Shown here in pieces: positions 9,371-17,606 of a DNA stretch of 51,026 bases. Each line of letters opens with the position of its first letter. Position 1 is the first letter of the stretch. The notes beneath the pieces were generated by a model, which saw nothing but the letters and a program-made list of their open reading frames with translations, did no database searches and had not been told where the DNA came from. Source of the stretch: a virus; the IMG/VR virus record IMGVR_UViG_3300030514_000035, positions 1 to 51,026 of that record; one strand, 5' to 3'. The position numbers and the translations under genes were made by a program.

Positions 9371-11188
9371 ATTAGCTATGTAATGGTGATATTGGATTCA
9401 ATAGGGCTTTGCTGGTATAATAGGTGATTCATTGAGGCATGGACATTCTTGTTACCCAAAGCCTTATTACACATGGCGATCCTCTATCCTATACCCCCAA
9501 TTTGTGTGTCAAATAGACCCCCATAAGAGGGGAGATAGGATAGGATTTTGCTGTGAGGTTTCGATAAGCCTGTCGATAAGAGAAAATGGGAGATTCGTCA
9601 GGGTAAGTGCGGATCGAATGGCAAGGAATCGGAAATCTCGTGGTGTGTGAGTGAGGGTACATAGGTGCTTTTGGCTAGAAAAGTACTGGCATTTTGTGGG
9701 AATGTAGCCCCGTACCCTGTCCTAATAATATGCATTAGTCCGACACCCACACGAGCAAGCACGACACCAGCGCAAAACAGGGACGTACCCACCCATTACA
9801 GAATAGTCTGACAATTGTATGACCATGCATATACTTACACATTTACATGTACGCATGCATACTCACGAGGTTGTATTTTTTAGACTGACCAAACGTCACC
9901 AGTGCTACAGCTACAAGGCTTGTCGGTATATCAAACAGTATGGCGTGTGTGCAGGTGCTTATACACAATTCCACATACTTATTCACTCAACATCACGTTG
10001 TATTATTAAGCTGCAAACCTAGTCAATCCCTACAGTACAAACACTTCACGCCACTATACACCATTATTCATCACCATACATTTATGCACTATCCTATTCA
10101 TTCTTACATTCTCCAATACACCCACGCATACACACGCACACGTAAATACCACAACAAACAACAAATGTCAACACTTATTTACATCACTTGTTCATCTTTC
10201 TTTCATCACTCATCCTTTATGCACTGTCTATGCATGCTCAACAAAGGTTATACAAGAATCTTTAGAATCACAATAAACGTTGATACATCAGCATTCATTC
10301 ATCATTAGTCATGTGTCTTCTCTTGGTCTCTTGTCTCTTGTCCTTTATGCATCATCAATGCTTACTCATTAACTATCATCAATCACTCATTAACGTTGAT
10401 ACATCAATGCTTAACACTATGTATGTATACTATACATTATGTACTATACACATGTATGTATATACACTATCATGTATGCTTAGCACTATCTATCTAGTAC
10501 TACTACCATATATTACCAGTGTCATACAGATTATGGATTTTATATTTTTAGATATAGTGCTATTATGCAGGATACTATTAAGGGTATACTAAACCCTTTA
10601 ATAGCAAGCCTTCATAGGGTATGTTAGCACCCATCTATTAAGCTACCTAGTACCCACTTGTACACCCTCTCAAGCCTACTCCCATAAGGCTTTTCAATAC
10701 CCTGCATAGTACCCTTGTATAACGCCCTATATAGGGAGGGTATATAAGCCCATATAGAAAAGCTTTATATAGAAAAGGTATATGAAAACATTTACAATCC
10801 CATTAAATCAATAAAGAAAGCGCTTTCTAATCCCTTAATTTTTATTTTCTCTTTTCTTTTTCTAGTTTACATAACGCCTTTTTTCACAATCTTTATTTTA
10901 ATCAATCATAAACCCTTATACCATGCGTATTGTAAGCACTTACAAAGTATGTGAATCTACAATTAGTATCCTAGAATATGGTAGTTTCTATGGTGTCTAA
11001 TTGTGAACACAAACTGAATAGTCTGATAATTGTAAACTACGCTTTCATCCTTGGCGCTCTAAGGCTCAGCCCACTTTTCAATTGTGAACACACTTTTTCA
11101 ACTTTATTTTTCGCCATTTTTCGACACTCATTTTTTTAACATTTTTTTTCGAATTCTGTATCCCTTGGGAGAGTAGGGGAGAAAGCAC

Positions 11189-11197
11189 TTATCCACA
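11189..11197 (+). promoter_or_regulatory. DnaA box
   Basis: Perfect TTATCCACA. Confidence 0.6.
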
Positions 11198-11353
11198 CCC
11201 TCCAAAACAGTAATTTTAAAATTTTTTTAAATTCGTGATTAACTTGACATTGTCAATACTTTTGTTCAACCTACAGCCCCAAGGCTTTTAGCCACATTTT
11301 TTACCTCCAAATTTTTTTTATTTTATTTTTATCGAGTCGTTGAATTTTAGTAG

Positions 11354-11362
11354 TTATCCACA
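11354..11362 (+). promoter_or_regulatory. DnaA box
   Basis: Perfect TTATCCACA. Confidence 0.6.
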
Positions 11363-11725
11363 GGGTTTTTACGCCTTTTTCTAGCTATTTTTTGATATTC
11401 TTATCGAATCGCTGAAATCCCTTGTGGCTCTAAGTGTGAAGGCTTTTCGAATGGAGAAATTTGATCGTGTTTCTCCTACTAAATTACGTGTATGCGTGTT
11501 ACGTGAAAATCTAGCCTGAAAACTAGCTTCAAAATTTGTTCTCGAAATTAGCGTTTTGAGGTTGTACATTTTTCAAATACATTATACATTTATCTCAGGC
11601 AAACGAGACACGGCAACAAACGAACATGAACAATATAACACATGATACACACGAGCGATTGAACATCGACTCTCTATCATATATGTGTGTGAGGGATTGC
11701 TGGAAAACAAACTTTAACAAAAGTA

Positions 11726-11754
11726 TTGACAAACTGCTGAACATCGTTTAATCT
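11726..11754 (+). promoter_or_regulatory. sigma-A early promoter P1
   Basis: TTGACA-17-TAATCT; -35 overlaps the CAAAAGTATT motif. Confidence 0.75.
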
Positions 11755-11759
11755 AAAAG

Positions 11760-11925
11760 AGTCCCACACAGCAAGACAGGGACTTGGAAGAAGTTTCCAA
11801 CGGTTTACACCTTTAGGATTTCTCGACCTCGACTGCTGAGGGAGTAACTAGCAGATGCCTGACTTGGCTGATTTAACAAGTCTCTACACCAAACTGAGAG
11901 GATTTTAGGAGGTTGAAAACTTCTC
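11760..11925 (+). ncRNA. candidate ~165-nt structured RNA from P1
   Basis: AGTCCC/GGGACT and TTGGAA/TTCCAA hairpins; CCTTTAGGATTTCTC pairs with GAGAGGATTTTAGGAGG, enclosing CTGCT/AGCAG and GACTTG/CAAGTC. Confidence 0.55.
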
Positions 11926-11936
11926 AAACAAAAGTA

Positions 11937-11966
11937 TTGACAAGCTGAAAAATGCTGGTTTATACT
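11937..11966 (+). promoter_or_regulatory. sigma-A early promoter P2
   Basis: TTGACA-18-TATACT; -35 overlaps the CAAAAGTATT motif. Confidence 0.75.
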
Positions 11967-12073
11967 AAGAGAGTACCAAGCAACACGGTACGCTGGCAGT
12001 AACTACCATACATATTTTTTTACAGTAGTTACTCAATAGGTAATAAAGTAGTAAAGTAGTTTTGTTCTTCGAA

Positions 12074-12421
12074 AATTCCATAGGGTTAACAAGTTGACAA
12101 GCCTCAACTATAAAAAGATGTTGTGAAACATCATGGCTCACTGGTTCTACGATGAGAGAAGGCTCTCTAGAATGCAGTGTTTAGGAGTGTAAGATGCCTC
12201 CAGCGAGTACAGGTTTGACTGATGTGAAACTGCCACGTAAAGTGCGACAGGTGACTAGGCAACTATGGAACATGAGTTCCATGGAGTGAATAGCGTCACT
12301 ATACCATGCAGAAACCTTGAAAGCCACTGACTGTGCAAGCTTTAAGCTTGTAGCACTGGCAAGAAATTAAGTACCATTTGGTGCTTAATTCGAGCATCTA
12401 ACTAGTATAGATATTGGAATT
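12074..12421 (+). ncRNA. ~350-nt multi-domain structured RNA / leader of unknown family
   Basis: Closed by AATTCCA/TGGAATT; long-range TGGCT/AGCCA and AGGTTT/AAACCT; about 10 local hairpins including GTGA and GCAA GNRA loops; preceded by boxA-like GTTCTTCGAAAA. Confidence 0.7.
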
Positions 12422-12460
12422 AATCACTAAATACTAAACAATGAATTGGAGAGATTTATA

Positions 12461-13336
12461 ATGAAAAATGTACAAGTAACTGTAGAAATGAAAAATGCAA
12501 CAATAGTAGGAATCGTTGAGCGTGTTGAACTTCCAAACGTTTACATCTTGGCTGGCTCTGATATCTACAAATTCCACGTTGACGAACTAAAATTCGATAA
12601 CGAAAACATGAAGCAAAAATTCGAGAAATTATACAAAACTAAAATCAAAATGAGTCAAGTTAAAATGGGTTTAAGTGAAGGTAATAAGAAGCTACAAGAT
12701 AATAAAGTAGTTGCATTCTATCAATGGAATATAACATCTGTTATATCATGTCCATTCCGCACTGAAATGTGTGAGAAAGCTTGTTACGCTCTAAAGGCTG
12801 AGCGTATGTATCCAACGGTTAACGCTCGTAGAATTTCAAACTTAGAGTTCTCAAAATCTGATCGATTTGTAAACACTATGATTGACCAAATCGAATTTGA
12901 ATTGGCTCGTAAAAAGAACAAAGGCAAAACAATTTTCTATCGTATACATGAGGCTGGCGACTTCTACAGCTATGAATACCTTGCAAAATGGCACGAAATT
13001 GCTAAACACTTCAAAGGTAATAGAAATATAGTTTTCATGGCTTACACAAAATCTTTACCATTCGTAAAAACACTTTACAAAAACGTGGGAAAAGAAAATG
13101 TTAACATCACATTCAAGTCATCAATTTGGGACGACACAAAAGAAAAATTCATTAAAATGACTGATGAACTAGGCATGAGCGTATTTACTGCAGTAGATAA
13201 AGGAACGATGGAAGAAAAAAATTATTTCGCTTGTCCATCTTCTGAGGCTTTCAAAGGCACAGAAAAAGAAAAAGACTGTGGTCAATGTAAAGTATGTTAC
13301 CTTGCAGAAACTAACGTAGCTATCGAGATTCATTAA
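12461..13336 (+). CDS. GP88-family Cys-rich (radical-SAM-like) phage protein
   Basis: CPFRTEMCEKACYA, RIHEAGDF, AYTK, C-terminal CP...CGQCKVC; RBS GGAGAG before ATG 12461. Confidence 0.75.
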   Translation: MKNVQVTVEMKNATIVGIVERVELPNVYILAGSDIYKFHVDELKFDNENMKQKFEKLYKTKIKMSQVKMGLSEGNKKLQDNKVVAFYQWNITSVISCPFRTEMCEKACYALKAERMYPTVNARRISNLEFSKSDRFVNTMIDQIEFELARKKNKGKTIFYRIHEAGDFYSYEYLAKWHEIAKHFKGNRNIVFMAYTKSLPFVKTLYKNVGKENVNITFKSSIWDDTKEKFIKMTDELGMSVFTAVDKGTMEEKNYFACPSSEAFKGTEKEKDCGQCKVCYLAETNVAIEIH

Positions 13337-13376
13337 TCTTGGTAGCTTAAACAAAAGTATTGACAATAAAAATAAA

Positions 13377-13441
13377 TTCTCGTCAGAGCGAGAAAAAATA
13401 GTGCATTAGGCTCTGAGCGTTCCCCATATGGGGAGGTTGCA
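13377..13441 (+). ncRNA. pistol self-cleaving ribozyme
   Basis: P1 TTCTCG/CGAGAA with loop TCAGAG pairing to CTCTGA (pseudoknot); AAATAG linker; P2 TGCA/TGCA; GCG; P3 TTCCCC/GGGGAG; GU cleavage dinucleotide at 13436-13437. Confidence 0.92.
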
Positions 13442-13475
13442 AGAAAAAAATAAATTATATTGGAGATGTTCACAC

Positions 13476-14855
13476 ATGAAAATTTTAAAATCAATCACTA
13501 ACGCATTAACTAAGGCAGAAGAAAAAAGAGGCGTAGCAAGCGTGGCTACAGTTCGTCAGGATGTTGTACGCAGAGCCATCGAGCGAGAAGAATTTGAATT
13601 AATTAAATGTGCTTATCATTTAACTGATGACTATGCATGGGACGCAGTAAATAATTTTGGTCATGATAAAAATGTAACAAAAGAATACATGATGAAAGAA
13701 TATTCAATTCTAACGCCTAGTTGCTGGGTTGACCCTAAACTGCACGAAATAAATGGAATTCAATGTTATGAAATATCTATCAGCTTTCACTCAAATCTAT
13801 CATATGACATGTATGTGCCAGTGGATGGAAAAAAATCTGAGCCAGTGAAAGAAGAGAAAGAGGAGGAAAAAGAAATGGAAGAGCAAAAAGAAAAATTATA
13901 CAAGCGTTACGATTTACAGGATGAGAGTGATTTTGAAATTGAAACATTAGACCAAATGAAATTATGGCTTGCTGATTTTTGGGAAAATAACCCTGATGAC
14001 GATATGAGCGAAGAAGAGCGAAACAACTTAACTGATGAAATTTGGGCATCAGATGCTGACGAATTGTTTGAAAGACTGGCAGGAATTGATTATTCATTCT
14101 ATGTACTAGATAAAGATGGGAATGTAATCGAGGATGAATACGAAGAGTTACCAATAAGCATCGAGCAAAATTTCATCATGGGTTATGGTGTGGAAGTACG
14201 TCAGATTGAAGAAAAAACTTTACGAGTAACAGTAAGAAGAGGCGAAGCAGAAGAGGCGCAGGTCTATACAATGGAGATGCCAAAAACATTTGAAGAAGTT
14301 AACGAAATCTTTGAAGCGCAACGCACTGTCATTCGTGCAGAAGTGAATGCGATTATCGAAGAAAATGGAGGACTATCAAAAATAATTAATTCTGAAGAAG
14401 AGGAGGAAAAGGACGAGGAAGGAGAATTTGAATCATTAAATTTCATTCTTGACCATGAAAAATTATGCTTCACTGGCTACGAGTTCGAAGGAAAAGAAAT
14501 TTTCATAGAAGAAACTGGCAGTACACAATCATTGTTCCGCATGGATATATGCAAAGAAAAAAATGTAGTTACTGTCTATTCAGCTTATAGTGAGGACTAC
14601 GATGTAATGGAAGAGGTTACGCATCTATTCGATATAGAAAAACTTCGTGCAGACATTGAAAGTTGGATTGCAGAGCATGAAGATGTGCCAAATCATTGCG
14701 AGGAATACATGGAAATGAACTTCGAAGAACAGTCTGTATACATCTGTAATGAGTGTAACGAAATGCACGAAGATAAAACAATAACTTGTGAATACTGCCC
14801 AAGTGAATCGATTAGAGAAGTAGCTAAAAGCGATATGGATATGCAAGTAGTTTAA
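13476..14855 (+). CDS. large acidic multi-domain early protein with C-terminal Zn ribbon
   Basis: The real start is 13476 (RBS GGAGAT); the ORF-track start at 13428 lies inside the ribozyme. Very E/D-rich; CNEC..CEYC. Confidence 0.75.
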   Translation: MKILKSITNALTKAEEKRGVASVATVRQDVVRRAIEREEFELIKCAYHLTDDYAWDAVNNFGHDKNVTKEYMMKEYSILTPSCWVDPKLHEINGIQCYEISISFHSNLSYDMYVPVDGKKSEPVKEEKEEEKEMEEQKEKLYKRYDLQDESDFEIETLDQMKLWLADFWENNPDDDMSEEERNNLTDEIWASDADELFERLAGIDYSFYVLDKDGNVIEDEYEELPISIEQNFIMGYGVEVRQIEEKTLRVTVRRGEAEEAQVYTMEMPKTFEEVNEIFEAQRTVIRAEVNAIIEENGGLSKIINSEEEEEKDEEGEFESLNFILDHEKLCFTGYEFEGKEIFIEETGSTQSLFRMDICKEKNVVTVYSAYSEDYDVMEEVTHLFDIEKLRADIESWIAEHEDVPNHCEEYMEMNFEEQSVYICNECNEMHEDKTITCEYCPSESIREVAKSDMDMQVV

Positions 14856-14918
14856 GAGCCAAGAAAATTTCTTGGCTCTATTTAATTATCAAATAAATTA
14901 TGAAGGTGGAAAAAATAA

Positions 14919-15332
14919 ATGATAACAAGTTATAAAGGTAGAACAGTCAAAGAAGGTCAAAAGGTATCTGCATTTTGGAATTTACATCACCATGTATTTA
15001 GCTTACAAAGCAATGTAACTGAAGAGGGGAAAAGAAAAACCTTAGTAATATCACATTGCAATGGAGTAATACTTAAGGATGTTAAATTTGTAGTTCGTAA
15101 GGCTGGGCGTGAAAGAGTATTGAAAGAGCGACAAAAAAACATTCATGCATTCGTGAAAGGTGAATTTGTAGGCGAGGCAGATTTCTTACAAGAATTAAGT
15201 ATTGGCGCTGGCATGCGTGAAGCTTATTACAATCCATTTAAACAAGATTGTTTCACAGATAAAGAGACAGGCGAAAAATTAACTGGTGCTGAAATAGTCA
15301 TCTTAAAAGATAGAAAAGTATTTTACAAATAA
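14919..15332 (+). CDS. conserved phage hypothetical protein
   Basis: WNLH..FSL, KAGRERVLKERQKNIHAFV and YNPFK motifs, which I recognise from a widespread phage family of unknown function. Confidence 0.75.
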   Translation: MITSYKGRTVKEGQKVSAFWNLHHHVFSLQSNVTEEGKRKTLVISHCNGVILKDVKFVVRKAGRERVLKERQKNIHAFVKGEFVGEADFLQELSIGAGMREAYYNPFKQDCFTDKETGEKLTGAEIVILKDRKVFYK

Positions 15333-15361
15333 AAAATAAACTATATAGGAGAGTGTTTTAA

Positions 15362-15598
15362 ATGTCAGGAACTACAACAGTATTGAAAGAAGAAAGAAAT
15401 TCAAAAGGATTTGTAAAGCTTAGTAAGAACGAAGGTTGCATGATGATAGGCAGAGGTAATTGCCTTACAGTATGGGGAAACATTGGAGGCGTGGGAATGT
15501 TTACACTGTCTTATAAATTAACTGAAGAGGAAAGAGCAGAAAATAAATTCAAAGAGTATTCAATAGTGTTAGCAAATAGAGAAGGAGGCGTTAAATAA
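15362..15598 (+). CDS. hypothetical protein
   Basis: RBS AGGAGAG. Confidence 0.65.
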   Translation: MSGTTTVLKEERNSKGFVKLSKNEGCMMIGRGNCLTVWGNIGGVGMFTLSYKLTEEERAENKFKEYSIVLANREGGVK

Positions 15599-15888
15599 TG
15601 GCTAAGAAAGCAGATGCAAAAACAAAAAAGCAATATGAAGCAGTGGTAAAAAAGATTCAAGATAAAGGGTTATTAATGAATGGAGAAATACTTGAGAAAG
15701 GTTACTTCTCTATGGCTGTATACAAGACGCAGGAAGAAATAAATTCCCTCTATTGCTGTATTACATATATGGACGATGAAAAACCTTTTAGCGTTGAATT
15801 CTACAGCGCTGGTGAATGTGAAGAGTGTGGAGCATTTAAAACACCAGCAACAGCATTAAATAAAATCACAAAGAAATTAGGAGCGTGA
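15598..15888 (+). CDS. hypothetical protein
   Basis: RBS AGGAGG, coupled. Confidence 0.7.
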   Translation: MAKKADAKTKKQYEAVVKKIQDKGLLMNGEILEKGYFSMAVYKTQEEINSLYCCITYMDDEKPFSVEFYSAGECEECGAFKTPATALNKITKKLGA

Positions 15889-16118
15889 ACAAAATGATTT
15901 TTAACAACGTAGAAATGACAGTAGAAATGAAAGATTTAAAGTATATGACAGTGGCAGAAATAAATATTGTTGAATGGATAACAGCGCTTGAATTAATAGA
16001 GATTCAAGGTTCAATAGTATTAGCTATACACGAACTAGAAATAAAGCGTAAAGCAATAATACAGAAAAGAAAAAATATAATAGACATGGCAATGCATGAA
16101 TTAATGGAGGTGTTATGA
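15885..16118 (+). CDS. hypothetical protein
   Basis: Coupled ORF. Confidence 0.6.
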   Translation: MNKMIFNNVEMTVEMKDLKYMTVAEINIVEWITALELIEIQGSIVLAIHELEIKRKAIIQKRKNIIDMAMHELMEVL

Positions 16119-16333
16119 TGAACTTAAACTTTATACCTAAAAAATATCAAGCTGTATTAGATGAAGTTTACAAAGATTCTGATGGATGGTGGGCTTATAC
16201 AAAGACAGGTTACTTCTTTGAGGCTATGGAATGCCACACAGCGCATGAATACACGCAAGTAGAGTTAATGAAAGTGATTAGAACTATAAGACCTTGTACA
16301 TGTGAATCATGTGAAGAGGCGAGAAAAAAATAA
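16115..16333 (+). CDS. small Cys/His protein
   Basis: RBS GGAGG; CHTAHE...CTCESC. Confidence 0.7.
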   Translation: MMNLNFIPKKYQAVLDEVYKDSDGWWAYTKTGYFFEAMECHTAHEYTQVELMKVIRTIRPCTCESCEEARKK

Positions 16334-16350
16334 TAAGGGAGTTGTTAAAA

Positions 16351-16752
16351 ATGTTTAAACAAAAAATAATCAATACTAATTCAATGGTTAAATTTATTTC
16401 AAATGCATTAGGTGAAAAATTAGATATAAATAATCGTGAGGAATTCAAAGAGTTTAAAAAGAAAATAAAGCAAGCTTACAAGAGAGAGTTTCCAAGCAGA
16501 ATAAAAAGATATCCTAAGCACTTTGTAAATCAATTTCACTTTTCAGATGAGCATGGAGAAAATTCTACAACAGTAATAATATTCGAAAATAAAAAAGGTG
16601 TAATGGAAGGCATACACGCTAACTTGAATGTAGAAGGTGACAGAAATTATTATGACTACTCACCAACTGGACTATGGTTTTCTGATCCAGCCAAGATATA
16701 TGAATTCAAAGAAAGAATCGTATACGTACAGCATTCAACATTAGATTGTTAA
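16351..16752 (+). CDS. hypothetical protein
   Basis: RBS GGGAG before ATG 16351. Confidence 0.65.
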   Translation: MFKQKIINTNSMVKFISNALGEKLDINNREEFKEFKKKIKQAYKREFPSRIKRYPKHFVNQFHFSDEHGENSTTVIIFENKKGVMEGIHANLNVEGDRNYYDYSPTGLWFSDPAKIYEFKERIVYVQHSTLDC

Positions 16753-16787
16753 GCACGGAAAATAAATTATATAGGAGATGTTTACAA

Positions 16788-16997
16788 ATGACTGAAAGAA
16801 TTAACGAAGGAACTATATTTCCAATAACGGATAATGGACAAGAAAAAATGTATGTGACAGATGCACCTTACAAAGTGATTGCTGATTGTTTTATAGAGGC
16901 TGAATATCTATATGACTATATAACACTCATAAAAGAAAAAGGTTATCGTATCAATAGATATAGACCTTCTATAAGTCTTAGCTTTGATGATAAATGA
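16788..16997 (+). CDS. hypothetical protein
   Basis: RBS AGGAGAT before ATG 16788. Confidence 0.65.
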   Translation: MTERINEGTIFPITDNGQEKMYVTDAPYKVIADCFIEAEYLYDYITLIKEKGYRINRYRPSISLSFDDK

Positions 16998-16999
16998 AA

Positions 17000-17068
17000 T
17001 GCCGAAACGCTGGAAAAAACTTTCTAGCGTCATGGAGTGGTGATGCGCTCTATCTGACGAGGCAGTCA
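17000..17068 (+). ncRNA. type II hammerhead ribozyme
   Basis: TGCC-GAAA-[CGCTGGAA/TTCTAGCG]-TC|-[ATGGAGTG/CGCTCTAT]-CTGACGA-GGCA; GUC cleavage after C17031; loop-I TGAT can pair with 3' GTCA. Confidence 0.93.
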
Positions 17069-17100
17069 GTATTTAAACAAATGTATGGGAGATGGTATAA

Positions 17101-17523
17101 ATGGCAAAGGCAAAGAAAAAAATTAGATGGAGACCATGGGTAAAGGTTACGTTTGGTCTAATGGTAACAGCATTAACAGTGGTAGTTGTAACTCAGGTTT
17201 ATGAAGCGTTTGGAACTTTTGCATCTGATGGAAAGGATTATCAAGAGGCGCAAGAAAAAACTTACCCTAATGTGTTACATGCTGTTGTAACAACGTCTGT
17301 CAATGGCTCTACACACATTACATTCATTGAGGATTTAGGCAAGCCTGACATGGAAATAAAGGCTGAGAATAGCCATGTAGAAGGAAGAATATTAACAGTG
17401 GCATTTGATAGAGATGGTAACATTGATACAACATATCCAACTAGTGAAAACTCAGTAAAAAAACTTAAAGAAAAATATTCTACACAGTACAAGATAGTTA
17501 TGGATAAGTTCTACAATAATTAA
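17101..17523 (+). CDS. membrane-anchored hypothetical protein
   Basis: Basic N-terminus followed by one TM helix. Confidence 0.7.
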   Translation: MAKAKKKIRWRPWVKVTFGLMVTALTVVVVTQVYEAFGTFASDGKDYQEAQEKTYPNVLHAVVTTSVNGSTHITFIEDLGKPDMEIKAENSHVEGRILTVAFDRDGNIDTTYPTSENSVKKLKEKYSTQYKIVMDKFYNN

Positions 17524-17606
17524 TTATTGACTATTTACTTTATTGGTAGTATAGTAATAAATGTATTAAGTAAAGCAAAAATAAAATATATTGGAGATGA
17601 CTTAAA

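Larger units (their letters stand above)
9122..11560. other. long non-coding tract, probable genome-end/packaging (or origin) region
   Basis: No credible ORFs; G-rich to C-rich switch near 9700; A-tracts on the left and T-tracts on the right; directly precedes strong early promoters. Confidence 0.55.

Noticed and set aside
9432-10592. ORF-track ORFs 9432, 9598, 9819, 9940, 10311
   Set aside because: His/Tyr/Cys-rich low-complexity translations with no RBS; by-products of the skewed non-coding tract.
10864-10979. Functional dif site
   Set aside because: The two arms are about 95 bp apart and not in the 11-6-11 arrangement; reported only as half-sites.
11494-11509. Spo0J parS site
   Set aside because: About five mismatches to TGTTNCACGTGAAACA.
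12074-12421. Group I/II intron, RNase P, tmRNA or SRP identity for the large RNA
   Set aside because: None of the diagnostic conserved sequences (group I R/S, group II domain V, GAGGAAAGUCC, tRNA-like ends) was visible.
13428-13475. ORF-track N-terminal extension of the 475-aa ORF
   Set aside because: It overlaps the pistol ribozyme, and the RBS supports ATG 13476.
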